From Paraspadella gotoi (taxonomy: Eukaryota > Animalia > Chaetognatha): DNA of 64,000 nt. The notes beneath the pieces are model-generated. The model saw nothing but the letters and a program-made list of their open reading frames with translations, was not told where the DNA came from and ran no database searches. The translations under genes and the position numbers were made by a program. Positions 25,303 to 50,486 of this stretch are shown here, piece after piece. Position 1 is the stretch's first letter; each line of letters begins with the position of its first letter. Location: contig CM119265.1 in NCBI GenBank assembly GCA_051294375.1, forward strand, positions 9,122,772 through 9,186,771, given 5' to 3'.

Positions 25303-28300
25303 ATGTTGAAAAGCAATTCCCTTCCGACGATCCCTCCCTCAGTGATGGCCGAGGCGCTGGCACCAACCGCCGGCGCCGCCCGTCGACGCGACGACGACGA
25401 TAACGAAGATGACGATGTCGTCAAGCACAACGGTGACACCGTCCTCTCCTGCTTCGCCAGCGAGGAACTTATCATCCGCGACCAGCTGCACAACCTCTCC
25501 CTCTCGGCAATCTCATCTTCCGGCAGCGACGAACCCGTTTCCGCCCCCGCGGCCGCGCCCTCCGTCGCCTCCCTGCCCTCGCGGCCGATCCTCCTACCCT
25601 GGGACAAGTTCTCAGAGTGGCTCTACTGCGTTTGTGTCGTGACCTTCGACCTGGAACTGGGACAAGCCATGGAACTGGTGTACCCAAGCCACGTGACCCT
25701 GACGGAGAAGGAGAAGACTAGCGTCTGCTACTTGGCGTTCCCCGACTCCAACTCGGGATGCATGGGAGACACGCGGTTCCACTTCCGGTTCCGACAGGCG
25801 TCCGACGCCCGCGTCGTCGACCCGCCCTCGCTCGCAGTCTACAACCGGAGTTGCCCGGTGCACCTGCAGTCGGATCCCGGGTGAGGCTGGCGGGAGTTGG
25901 TCTTAAAGTAAGAAAATTTGTGATTGTAAATTACTTTCCTATTTTACAATTTTTGTGAAAGTTTATTTACATTAGATATTATATAAACATATATATTATA
26001 TAAACATGAATATCACATGTCGGAAAGTTCAGAGTCTTTGGAGATTCCTCTTCACGATTCCGTCTCCATCACTTTGCAGTATTTTTAACATAGTAATTGG
26101 CTGTATTCTATGCATCAAAACTTATTCCTAGGAACACCCCTCTTCGGATTGAAATTGGAACCTGCAAAAATTCCTTTCCCTCAAATTTATTATTTTCCTT
26201 TCCCCCCCTTCATTCAGCTACTACTGGGGCTACGTCTACTTCCGCCAAGTCAAGGACAAATCTCTGCCCCGCGGCTACTTTCAAAAGTCGGTCGTCCTCG
26301 TCTCCCGTCTTCCCTTCGTCAACTTCTTTCTCCAACTCGTGGGGAGCATGGCTCCCGAGTTCTTCGCCAACGGGGAGCCCTGCCTCGAGGCGGCCTGCCA
26401 CGACGTGGACCAGTGGCCGTCGCCCACTCCTGGCGAAACCTACAACCTGCCCATCTTGGGTCAGGTCATTCGCGTCAACATCCCCTCCTTCCTCGACAAC
26501 CCGCTGACCATACAGATTGACAGCAAGAACGCCTCGCAAATGATGTTACCGGCGCCAGGTAAAGGAAAAGGGCGATGGAGAAATTTAATTGCCAATATTT
26601 AGTTTTTATCTTTTTGTCAAATTAAGAAAAAACAAAGCAACCCGAAGCTTTGTTTTATTTTCGCGAGTAATTTAATTTTGATTAAATTTATCTAGCTACA
26701 GCAGATTAACTATTTAAATTCGGTAGATTTTTTAAAATTTAAAACAAATTTATATTTACACTCCGGCGCAAAAAAAAGTAGCCACTTGTTGGCTTTAAAT
26801 ACACCACTATTTATTTTTTAATTTAAAACAAAATTATATAAAAAGTATAGTTTTTTTAAAAAGCTATCAATTGGTGCAAGAAAAATTTGAATTGGTTCAG
26901 GCAGTAGAATTTAGAAAGACTTTAAAGTCAGTCTCAAAATGGAATTGGCAATAAGTTATTTTCAAAGGTTAAAGTTGATAACATTTTTTTTCTGACAAGA
27001 TCATTATACTTTTAAGATTTTTTGGTTTTAAACAAGTTTTGCGCCGCAGTGTATATTCAAAAATGATAAATCGTTAATCCTGGAAAAAGGAAGAAGAAAT
27101 TTGCACAGGAAAAGGAGAAAAGGGGGAGAGAGAAGAGAGAGCGAGATCGACGAAGTATAAAATAATAAATGTACGTACACAAAATAATCGTGTTACTTCC
27201 CCTACTTCAACAATCAACAGTGCAAGGTGTTGAAATTAGCTGTCCTAGCATTGTTTTCGTACGATTTCATTTGCGTTAAAGGCTAACTTGCCTCGAATCC
27301 AGTGATCCTACCGTCCGTGAACGAGGTGGACGTGTTCAAGTGCCTGCTGCCTATACTCCCTCACGTGCAACTCGTATGGGAGCTCGTGCTGCTAGCGGAA
27401 CCGCTCGTCGTGATGACGCCGTCGCCCACGCAGTGCTCGGAAACCGTCCAGTCTCTCGTCTCCCTCATTCTCCCGCTCAAATACAAGCCGGTAAGGAAAT
27501 AAGTAAAGTTCGCCATGAAGATTATCATGTTCGCATTGACCTTAAATTAAAATTCCTTCGACCTACTTGTAACTTGTATGATTGTATTGATAGAACTTAA
27601 CAATTACCAATCAAATACTGTTCCAATATCTTACGCTGAGGATATCAGCCTCATTTTGTCAGAAATGAATCGCCGCCTCAAGGCCAATATCAGATTGTCC
27701 TTGGCCCCCGTTATTTCGATGCCCGGATGAAAAGAAAAAAACCTGTCATGACTTTTCGAAACCGGGTTCTGAGCATCGAAATGGACTTCCCATTCTTCCC
27801 ATCCCTTGCTGTATACTCCGTTTTCTTCTTGATCTTTTGTCTTTCATAATCTCGCTCGGCATGTTTGCTCTTCGTTGATCGACGTAGTTCCTCCTCTGAC
27901 TTTTAATTAGACGTTTCTCTTTGCACGAAACTAAACAAAGTTTCCTATTCAGTATTCAGTGTTCACCAAATCTCAGTTGACGCCTCTAAATCTAATATAT
28001 ATTCGAGAAATCGCCTTGCAGTGTCGCTCATACAATGCGTTGCCTTCTACATTGAAAAATTGCCGCAAAATAGAACCATCGCTTTGACTTCTTTTATTCT
28101 TTCCTTTGATATACTACGGGCGGAACCGGTTATTGGACGCCCGGCCGTTTTCTTTTCAATAAAGAGGATAATTATTGAACTCGCATGTTCACAAATTTAT
28201 TATTGTGGAGGTTTTTCTCAGTTACTTATCCTCAATTCCCATGTTTTCTACTTAAAATAATATATACTATACTGATATTTGAAATTTCCTAATCAGTAAT

Positions 28301-29255
28301 CCTTCTCTTTTGTTCTCGACTCCATAATCCGTCCGTAATTAGATTTTTTATGCGATTCTCCTTTACCCAACAGGATCATCGCCCTTTTTTTACAATACAC
28401 GACGCCGAATTCCGTGAGTACACGACGCGGACCCAAGCGCCACCCTGCGTCATCCTCGGCGTTACGAACCCTTTTTTCGCTAAAACCTTGCAACACTGGC
28501 CGCATATCATCCGCATCGGCGATGCCTCCTCGGACGATCCCGCTTCCGCCGCCTCCAAGACGGGCAAGCTGAAGAAGGGTGGAAATCTGAAGACGCTCGA
28601 CTCCAAGCCGGGCGTCTACACTCGCTACAAACCCTTCCTCAACAAGGACAAATCCATTCTGAAAAAACTCGTCAAGGGCGTGCACAGCAAGCGGCCGGCA
28701 GAAGTTCAGAACACCATGCTGCGTCGTTACTTTCTCCAGTTGACTCAAGACTTTCTCGTGCCCTTCGAGAGATACTTCATGAAACTGATGCCCTTACGTA
28801 AGACGATCTCGCCTCACCGCGGCCCTCCGCGTCTTCGGCCCTTCGACCAAGACGACTTCCTTCTTTTCTTGGAGCGCGAGGTCCGCTTTCCCCTCGGCGT
28901 CTCTGGGCTGAAGGGCGACTGGGGCGGGCTCTATCGTCGCTTTCTGCGCTCTGAAAACTTTGCCGGGTGGTTGCGGCACCGCACCCGCGAGATTCAGCGG
29001 ACGTTGAATCAGCTGCACCTTCAAGCGCTCGTCGAGAGCGACTTGTCTCACTGGATCGCGCACGGCGATGCCGACCACGGCGCCGGGCGCGCCGAAGTGG
29101 AAGTCGTCGATCTATTGCTCAGACTCAAAGCCCAGCTGGGCAAAGTGGAGTGCAAGGAGCTTATCGTATCCAAGGAATTAGAGATGAAGTTGCGGCAGCA
29201 GATCATCGCCGTCACCGACGCCCTGCCGGGGGATCTGCAAAACGTAGTCTCTTGA
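25303..29255 (+). CDS. DENND6: DENN domain protein 6 (FAM116, Rab14 GEF); exons ~25303-25880, 26218-26558, 27303-27490, 28374-29255
   Basis: [90 protein letters not shown]. Confidence 0.93.
26759..27051. mobile_element. Tc1/mariner-type MITE in a DENND6 intron
   Basis: TIR CACTCCGGCGCAAAA / TTTTGCGCCGCAGTG flanked by TA on both sides. Confidence 0.75.
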
Positions 29256-30318
29256 GAAAGAAGCGGGAGGGATTCTTTTCTCTGCTGGAGAGAAAAAAGA
29301 ACTTAATAATAACGAACGAAAAAAAAGTCTTTCAAAAACCCTCCATTCTTATTTCCGAAGCGGAAAATAAAAGAAGCTAATTAGAAAATGGCAGCCTCGC
29401 TGCTTTCACTCACCATTTTTTCTAGGTTGTTTTTTTTACCGGTCGTCATTTTTTCGGGAAAGCCTTATCCAAGTCAACCCCACTTGTTTAATTCGGCGAT
29501 ATTAGATCGGTTCTCCCCGTATCAGCGATCGAAATTGCCAAAAATCGAGATTCCAGAGTTTTTTGTTTTGTTTTGTTTCTTTCGTTGTAACCGTTTCTTT
29601 GTCTAGATTGTAACGTAATTATTTGATCACCACTCAAATAGTACAAACCATATTACCTTATATTTATCGTATCCGTACGGCAATAACGTTGTAATTGTGA
29701 AACCACCGCCAACGTTTTATTTCTCGTTGTGCTTATGTTTTCGTTTGTTTGGCCCAAGGTTCGGTTCAGATGACGGTTCAATTTAAAATTTCATACCATA
29801 TTCCGAAGTCATATCTATGAGTGCCTTTGTCGCGAATTTATCATAATGGTAGATTTAGAATCGTTTTCTTCTTTATCCTTCACTCCTCTCACCCCTTAAA
29901 AAAGACAATTATCAGTTCATAGTTGCTAGTATCTGTACTAGATATTTTTTCAACGTTTCCCCGTATTTCGAAACCAAGGTTGAAACACCCCGTACTCCGT
30001 AGGTTTTACTGTAGCCGAACCCTTTTCCAAATTTATACGTTGAAGATGTGGAAACTAAAGAAAAGTGAACTCTTTCCTAGCTTTCTTATTTTGTCTATCC
30101 TTTTTTATTTTATTTTATTCATTTTGTACACTTTCATTCAAACAATGCTTTTTTTTTCCACTTTTTATTTCCAGCAAATTGCCGTTAAAAAAATCCAAAA
30201 TTTTGTTGTGGGTCGAAGGCGTCGGAATACAACAAAGAAAGTTTTTATAATACTTCGTGATTCCCGTGCTAGTCTATTAAACCTCTAATTTTTACCAAAC
30301 GTGACACGAAGCGCATTG

Positions 30319-30359
<41 letters not shown>

Positions 30360-30594
30360 GACACAAATCAAATATACGAATATATTCAGACGATGTAGGT
30401 TTTAAAAAGAATCACCGACTCCGAAAAAGAGCCAAAGCTTTTCTTCTCCCGTCGCTTCCTTTGTTAAATGTACAAACAGAGCAACGTCCCGCTTTATCTC
30501 GCTCTCGCCTTTCAGAGCATTTGCTCAGTCAGTCGTCGTCACGATGAGTCTTGAGAAATTAGAGTGGACTCTTGTGTGAAAAAAATACCGGACG

Positions 30595-33500
30595 ATGACG
30601 GTTAAACCTTCTCATCGAAAGTGGGCGCGTCTCGCTCTCGCCTTCAGCTCTTTCCTCATTATCCTACCCTCTCTTGAAGCCGTCGGCACTGACACTGATT
30701 CCGACTTCTGTGATGTGGACGTGTCCTTGCATGACCCCCGCGTGCGCCCTAACTCAATGCCTCGCGCCGGTGAACGGGCAGGAAATTTTCGTCGCGACCC
30801 GTCGAGCGAGACTGTGGAGGAATGCGCATGCGCATGCGAGAAAGCGCCCGATTGCCACAGCGTCTTTTGGCACTCGAGCCGCTGCTACCTCATCTCGTGC
30901 GCGTCGATGTCCGCGTGCGAGGCGATCGCCGCCCAGTCGAGTGCAGCTGATGAAGGATCCTATTACATCAACGTCCGCGATGCCGGGAAATCTTCCGACA
31001 CCGACGAAACCTCCCCCGTGACGAGCGTTATCTACGCACACTCCTGCATCCTTAACATCCTCGACGAATGTCCCGTCAATGAAACGTGTCGCAGCGTTGG
31101 GCGACGACGCCGCAGCGGACGCTGTGAGTGCGATCAAGGTTTAAGGCGCAACTCGCGCGGACAATGCGTTCCCGCGACAAAGGACGATGACGATGCCACA
31201 GACTGGTTAGGTTTGTTTTCGCGCGGCCAAGAGGGTGAAGACGGTGTCGAGAAACCGACGACGATGAAAGTAGCATCGGTATCGCCTGAGAGTCTTCAAT
31301 CCAACGGCGAGAACAAAACTTTAGACGAGCGAATCGCGTCCAATAAAACGACGACGACTCTCTCGACCACACTCGCTCCGTCCACCACCACCTTGGCTCA
31401 TCTAGTCGTTTCGGCCGGAGACGATCGCGTCCTTCAACTTCCAAGCAACAGCATCTCCATTTCCGCCTTCACATTGAGCGAAACCGACTATAGGCCGTTC
31501 GACTATTTGTGGACGTTACTATCGCACCCTAAACCCAGCGCGGGAATGACCATGGGCAAAGTGGAAGACGCTAACAAGGATACTATTGTCCTCAAGGATC
31601 TAATCGCTGGAGCTTACCGATTAAAAGTCGTCGTTAAGGGTCCCCATGCCCAGGGCTCAGCCTTAGTTAACGTCACCGTCCTGCCTCCCAAACGGATTAA
31701 CAAACCGCCGGTGGCCATAATCAAGCCGCAGCAACAGGAAGTGAAGGAGGGCAACACGGCCATCCTCGATGGATCACAGAGCACCGACGATGACAAAGTG
31801 ACGGCCTACAAGTGGGAAGAAGTTGAGGGACCCGTCGAAACGCAGGTCGGTTTTGTTCTTAAGACTGTTGAATGACGCAACTTCAACAAAGAGCAAGATT
31901 GCAATATAATTCCCGCTGCGCTATCGTCGAAATCGAAGTCCGATCAGATTCCTTTATATTTCACTCTATTACCAAACTGCATAGTCAAGGCCATACATTA
32001 TATCAAATGGGTAGATTTCGAAAGCTTGGCGTCTGGGAGCCAACGGAGGTAGAGGCGCGATCGAAATACCATTTAATCATGCCCCAAAAATGGTATGTTA
32101 AATGTAACTGGTTCAGACCGTTTTTTCCGCTTTTCCCTAAAAACCTGCTTGATCTTTTTGTAAAATAGCAACAAATCATAACATATAGTTAAGGGTTTCG
32201 GAAGCTTATTGTCTTCTCTACTAATAAAAAAAGAAAGTTTAAAATTCTTGGCAATCTTGAATGCTTGATAAAGCAATCAATGAACTGGTTTTTTTAGGTG
32301 AAAACTGCAGTAGTCAAGCCTTCAATTTTTTTTTGGGTTCTAAACGCATCGAAAGAAACTGTATTGTTTTTACTATCTGTTTCAGTAGAGCGGCGGGGGT
32401 AAATTGTAGAGAGTTTATATTAATTTAGAGCAAGATAGAAAGGATATCAAGTTTTTGCACGCAAAAGCTTTTTTAAGCGCGTTCGCGGTCTTGTAATGAA
32501 AATGGTTGACGTAGTTATCCAATGAGGAACATTCAATTAAAAATAAGCATTGATCAATGCGCGATCCGGGCCAGATAAATACCATATTTCAAACATGGCT
32601 GTTACCTGTATTTTACGTTTAGAACGCAGTCTGTCATAAATGTTTTGAATTTCTACGCCCTTTTGGGTTTGGGGGGGGATAAGGGGCCCCCCGTTTTTTT
32701 TTTCTTAGGCGTCGTTTGTCCCTTGTTAGTCTCTTTATCTTATCTTTGAAGAGACATTAATTATTGTTATGTGATAGTGACAAAACGGTTCAATAAAATC
32801 TTAAAAAAGCAATTAGGGATCGACCTACTTTTAATGATAACCCAAATATTGACTACGATGAATAACCAATATATTATGCGAGATAACAAGTTCGATGCAT
32901 GATAACCAAAATGATTGTGATAAATGGCGATGCATAAGTCATTCATTGATGCAATGATAATCATTCATTGATAAAGATGATAGTCCTTCATTGATCGGAT
33001 GATATGCATTCATTGATGCGATGATAGTCATTCATTGACGTGACGGTGAACTTGAAAAAAGTAATGCATATTTTAAAAAGAAAAAAGTAATCATACTTTT
33101 TTCAAAGTAGCATACTTTTTTGAAGTATGATACTTTTTTTGAAGTATGCATACTTTTTTGAAGTATGTCATACTTTTTTGAAGTTGCATACCTTTTTGAA
33201 GTTGCATATCTTTTTTAAAATATGCATACTTTTTTTAAAGTATGCATAACTTTTTTAAAATATGCATACTTTTTCAAAGTATGCATAACTTTTTTTTGTT
33301 TAAGATATGCATACTTTTTTCAAAGTATGCATACTCTTTTCAAAAAGTATGCATACTTTTTTAAAGTATGCATACTTTTTTAAAATTGCATATTTTTTTC
33401 AAAAGTTTGCAATACTTTTTTCAAAAGTATGCTACCTTTTTTAAAGTATGCATACTTTTTTTAAAATATGCATACATTTTTCAAAGTTTGCTATACTTTT

Positions 33501-36500
33501 TTGAAGTATGCATACTTTTTTAAAATATGCATACTTTTTTCAGTATGCATACTTTTTTCAAAGTATGCATATTTTTCAAAGTATGCATACTTTTCTTAAA
33601 GTATGCATACTTTTTTTTTAAATATGCATACTTTTTTCAAAGTTTGCCATACTTTTTCAACCGTATGCAACTTTTTTGAAGTATCGCATACTTTTTTAAA
33701 ATAGCATACTTTTTTCAAAGTTATGCATACTTTTTTCAAAAGTATGCATACTTTTTGATATGCATACTTTTTTTAAAATATGTATATTTTTTAAAAGTAT
33801 GCATACTTTTTCAAAGTAGCATACTTTTTGAAGTAATGACATATTTTTTAAAATATCATACTTTTTTTAAAAGGTATGCATACTTTTTTTCAAGTTATGC
33901 ATACTTTTTTGGAAGTATGCATTACTTTTTTTAAAAGTATGCATACTTTTTTCAAAGTATGCATCTTTTTTCAAAATTTATGCATCCTTTTTTTAACTTG
34001 CATATCTGTTTCAACTTGCATATCTTTTCAACTTGCATATCTTTTTCAAACTTGGGATTACGGCATTATCTAGTCAATCGACAGTGTATTTCTCAATTGT
34101 TCATAATCAAAATAAACCGATTCAGATATGAAATTTTAGATATTAAACTATCGGTCATCATCATAGTTTAAATTTAATTTATCATTGCAATCAATTACTT
34201 ACGCATTATCAATCATAATCTTTTTAATTATTAGTTTTATTGCTATCATAAAAATAAAATGATTCAAAAATGAAAAATTAATCGTGAAGTGACGATAGTG
34301 AATCTTAATCTTGAATTAATGTATAAATTGAGTTTTTATAGTAGTTTTTGCTGGTAAGATCAGTCCAATATACTTTTCAAATTTATTACTTTTTGGCTCT
34401 CTTAGTCTTTTCCCATTTTTATTCTGTTATATTATGTTATTTTGTGATAATTTTGTAAGGATTCTTTTTTTCCGGGCTTCGCTTTTCTATTTTCTCTTAT
34501 GAGGCCCGGTTCGCTGCATAATCGGTATTAATCGGTTTAAAGCTAGTACTACAAGTAGTTCCAAAATCCTATTGGATGCAAAACGGAGTCGATTTTAAGC
34601 GGAAAAGTTTATCATTATGAAGCCGCGATTTTTCGCGAACTGTTTTTATTGCCATAACTTTTGAACGGATTATCCGATTTTATGAAATTTTTGCCATATA
34701 TAAGATAGTATTTTTAAAAATTTCCCTATCGTCGTCACTAAATTTATTTAAAAAATAACTCAATAGTTTAAACGATGCAGCCTCAATATAATCCCCGCTG
34801 CGCTAATAAAAACTAATTACTATCTAGGAAAAAAATATATAACATAATTCATTTATTCAATAAAAAGTATACAAAATATGGGTAAAATATTCCTTAATAT
34901 TTGTTATGCTCTTCCTCCTTATTGATTATTATTTGCATATATCTGGACATGCTCTCATACAGCAAATTGAGGTATGACAGTAAAATATTTTTTCCACATC
35001 TTTAACGCAATTCTTTTCAGCCCCGATGTTGATGTTACACATCTTTCCTTTTTTTTAAAAGTTATAATAATATTTTTTTTAAACAAAAAAAGGTGCAAGG
35101 CTTTTAGCATTACCAAATTTAAAAAAAATTATTTGAAATAAAAATATAATTAAATACTAAAAAAAAAATTAAATATGATTTTTTTGAAAATTTTTTATTT
35201 GAAGTAATATTTTTTTTCCTCTAACTTATAAATGATTTAACCTGCAAAAAAAAGTTACTGAAAAAAAATTTAATGTAAATTTAAGAACATTTTAATTCTT
35301 TTAAAATCAAACAAGTTTTCGAGTAGTTATCCTTAATTAAAAATGTGATATACATTTTTCCTAGATAGTATTTCAAATAATTTATTAGGTATTTGACAGC
35401 CTCAGCATGACGACTTGATTAGAGGAAAGTGATTTTCAATTCAATTCAATTTTGTTCTCGCTTAATTAATAATAATTAAACCTGTTCTTTCCTCTCTCAG
35501 GGAGTAACGAGCGAAAAGTCAATGCTTAAGCTCGACGGGCTCTCTCCGGGCGATTACAAGTTCAAATTGACGGTAACCGATTCGGACGGCGTTGCCAACT
35601 CGACCTTCGCCAAAGTCAAGGTCATCAAGGAGGCAGACTACCCGCCGAAAGCCGACGCCGGCTCCGACTTGGTCATCACGCTACCGCAACGCGAAGTGGT
35701 TATCTACGGCAACCGCAGCAGCGATGATAAGGGCATTGCTGCCTACGAGTGGTCCAAAACGTCCGGCGGCCACACGCCCGACATGACCGGGGTCCACAGC
35801 CCTATCCTCCACTTGGCCCAATTAGAGCTCGGCGACTACACCTTTACGCTGAAGGTGACTGACACCGCGGGCCAATCCGACTCCGCCTCCATGCACGTCT
35901 TTGTCAAGGAGAAGCTGAAGGAAAACATTAAAGCGGACGCCGGGCGTCCACTGGTGGTGACACTTCCCGCGGGTTCGGCCACGCTCGACGCCTCCAATAG
36001 TTCTGTCAACGTGGGCAAGATTGTCTCCTACTCTTGGCGACTCGTTGGAGGGAAGACGAAAGACAAGGGCGGCGAGATAACGATCGAGACTCCAAACGCC
36101 ATCAAGTCGCTCGTCAAGGGTCTCTCCCTCGGGGTCAATGTCTTTGAAGTTACGGTGACCGACGACAAAACAAACAGTGCCAAGGCCACCACGACCATCA
36201 CTTTACGCAAACGCAGCAATACGCCACCCATTGCCGATGCGGGGAAGAGCCAGGTCATCGAGCTGCCCGACAGCCTCGTCAAGCTGGACGGATCGAAATC
36301 GCGGGACGACAAAGAAATCGTGTCATACTTGTGGATTCGGGACCCCAGCAGTCCCGCCGCGGGTGAGACAAAACTACGTGTCATGTGGGGTCATGTGGAG
36401 TCGATTGGATAATATTTCGCAGATAATTTTTTTTTTTTTTTTTTTTTTGCATCATCCCAGGCAGTCTAATTTTTAAAAGTAATCGATTGAGTAGTTTTTT

Positions 36501-37567
36501 TTTTTACTTTTTCCTTATCACCCTCACGAATCACAAAAACAGGCGAAGTAATTGGCACTTCATACAAAAGTCCCATTCTTCTCCTCTCCAACCTCGTCCC
36601 CGGCAAATACGTGTTCCGCCTCAACGTCACCGATCAAGAGGGTCTCTCTGACATCGCCACCACCACCGTGGTCGTCCGACCCAACCCCCACAGCCGCGAA
36701 GTTCTCGAGATCGATCTTCAGGCGGATCTTGCGAGTTTTTCCGAGCACGACAAGGTTAAATTGATCGACGTTCTTCGCCTGCTTCTCCGCCAACCCGAGG
36801 GAGATATCCGCATCGTCGTCCACCACATTTACCAGGATCGCCACACTGGCCGCGTCATTTTCACCTTCCACGTGGAGCTGTGGGCCAAGGAGGTTCGGGA
36901 GATGCTCAAGGGCGCCGCCGTGCTGAAGGAGCTCGAATCCAAGATGCGTATTCGGGGCATCTTCGACGACTTTCCCTTCCCCGTTCTTAAAGTGGACACG
37001 GTAGTCTGCCAGAACAATTGTTCGGGTCACGGGACCTGTAACCTCTTCACCAAGCGCTGCGCCTGCGACCCATTTTGGATGGAAAACTTTTTCAAGGCGC
37101 GACCCTCAGCCGGGGGCTGGCCGGATCTCGGCGAGTCTAACTGCGATTGGTCCGTGCTCTACGTCGTCCTCGTCGTCTTTGCCTCGGTCGCCGTTGTCGC
37201 CTGCCTGGTTTGGACGTGCGTCTGCTGCTGCTGTCGCGGCGGCGGGCGACGCGACGCCTCGAGGCTTTTGACGCCGAAACGGTCCCGCCACCATCGCTAC
37301 GCTCTTCTAGAAAATTTCAGCGGCGGTAGCGGTAGCAGCGGAGGCGGCGTCGCCGACGACCCGTTCGAGATGGCTTCGACTAAGCCGGCGAAAAAACTTC
37401 AGTCGAGCAGCCTCATGATCTCAGAATCGGATCTCTCCTCTGAGGACGAGGAAGAAACGGTCTTCGAAACATCAAAGCTCAACGGGGCCCTCAACCGAAA
37501 GAACTACACTGCTGTAGTCAACGGCGGCCCGATTCGAAATGGCGGCATTAAAGCCTCCAATGCTTGA
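30595..37567 (+). CDS. KIAA0319L: KIAA0319-like (AAVR-like) type I membrane protein; exons ~30595-31845, 35501-36362, 36543-37567
   Basis: Signal peptide, Cys-rich MANSC-like domain, tandem PKD repeats (AILDGSQSTDDDKVTAYKW, PPKADAGSDLVITLP, KLDGSKSRDDKEIVSYLW), EGF-like CQNNCSGHGTC..CDPFWMEN, GESNCDWSVLYV followed by a TM helix, cytoplasmic SLMISESD motif. Confidence 0.92.
32890..33045. repeat. Short ~22-bp tandem repeat (ATTCATTGATGCGATGATAGTC-like)
   Basis: About 5-7 degenerate units directly upstream of the palindromic satellite. Confidence 0.7.
33055..34050. repeat. Minisatellite of ~21-bp palindromic units (AAAAGTATGCATACTTTT core)
   Basis: About 1 kb of tandem units (roughly 45), variable T-run length, inside KIAA0319L intron 1. 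Confidence 0.92.
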
Positions 37568-38088
37568 AATTTTTTTCCTATTTGATCATACGCCCTTTTC
37601 CATTTATTTCCAGTTTCTTGTCCGACAGGCTTCACAAAACTTTTTTTTTGAATTTTTGATTTGGAAGTGCTAATCCGGATCTTTTTGGGTTTTTTTTTGG
37701 ATGCGCCCTGTGATTTTAAAAAACTGTTAAAAATTGCATTTGAACAATCTGATTTTGTGACATTTCGATAACCATCTGGTTAATAATAATTTTTATTAGC
37801 AACTTACCTTCCGTGGTGAAAACTAACGGTTGGAGACTTACTTGGTTGTTAATTCTATGCACATAGTGGCATTTTGTATGTTACCTATTGCCCAATGTCG
37901 ATTAATGGTGATATGAAATTATAAATAGTCATTAGCTACTATTTTTTTTTCTCATTCTCAATAAAACGCATCAAACGGATTTTCTTCGGGATTTTATTTA
38001 TTCGTACAACAGTTTTTGATTTAAATCACACCTTAGCTATTTTTGCTTCGGAACGAATAATTACTAACCATTTCGCTAAGCGTCTCAT

Positions 38089-49132
<11,044 letters not shown>

Positions 49133-50197
49133 GATCAGTTTTTCCGACGCAAAATGCACTGAGTTTTAGTCACGACGGATAATTACTAATCTAGTTGCTC
49201 CCTTCCCAAAAACATGAGTTTCTATTGAGCTTCTGTACCCTGTTAGACTAAATATATCGATTTCTCTTCTTTTTTTCGTTCAGGGGTGCCGTCCTAAAGT
49301 CAGGGAGATGTAAGAAAAAAGCCTTCTTTATCGGCGCCTAGCTGGAGAAAGTTATTCTATATTCGCAGTTTTTAGATGCGTTTTCTTTCAAAAGTTTTTA
49401 AAAAATCTTAGGTGCGGACGATTCTTTGAAATTTTTCGGGACTTTGGAATTAGAAGCCATCGGGAAAAAAGCATTTGAATATTGTTAATTTGATGAAAGG
49501 ATGAATTTGTATGTCAAATCTGATTAGAGTTGCGTCTGTGTAAAATATCTTGCATTAGTAAATCGGCACAAGCAAACCGATTACTTATTTTTGGTTCCAA
49601 CGAAGGAAAAAAGAAAAAAAGTACTAAATTGTTTAACGTTCGGAACCGCGAATAGTTAAAAATATATTGTTTCACAATGATTGAGAAAACTTAATAACTC
49701 TTTAACGATAGTTATAACTGTACAAATTGAGGATTGATTATATTAATGACAAAAACCAATGTAAAAATAAATCATTTTTTATTATTATTGGTTTTACAAA
49801 AGATAGAATTAGAAAGGTCGTCGTGTGTTAATTTTACTAAAAAAAAACAATAGTTATCATTGTTGATTCAACAATGTTGAATCAACAATGTTGAATCAAC
49901 AATGTTGAATCAAGGAAATTACAAAAAAAATTGGATTAAAATTTCCTATCGTCTGGTCGTCTCACGTCACGCTCGTTGTAGCCGCGTTATCAAATAGGCG
50001 ATACCGTGTGCAAACACAAAGACACGAAGCGCAAACACATCAGAAAAAAAAAAATTGATTGCAGGAGAGGTGTTTTGCAGTACCTGAACATATTTTGAAC
50101 CAAATTTCTACATAGTATATGTTTGCAAAAGACAGTGGAATAACGAATTACAATATTAAATTATTATTTATTCGCAGTCAAATTCAGAGAAAAAAAA

Positions 50198-50444
50198 ATG
50201 GAGGCAGAGAATTTTTTTGATTCAACTTCGGCGCACGGGTTATGCCGAATCTATCGAGGACCCAAAATCAAACGCGGTGTTTGGATCGTCATATGCGTTT
50301 GCGGTTACGTCGGTCTTTTTGTGTGGACCACTTTTCTTCTGCGGGATTATTTAAGGTTTCGCCTTTTTTTTAATTTAAGAACCATGTGATCTAAAAATGT
50401 CAATTACTTACTAACTCTCTCTATTTGACTGTTTCCTCTCTCTT

Positions 50445-50486
<42 letters not shown>

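Noticed and set aside
33055-34050. CRISPR-like array of palindromic repeats
   Set aside because: No unique spacers, eukaryotic intron, no cas genes; it is a minisatellite
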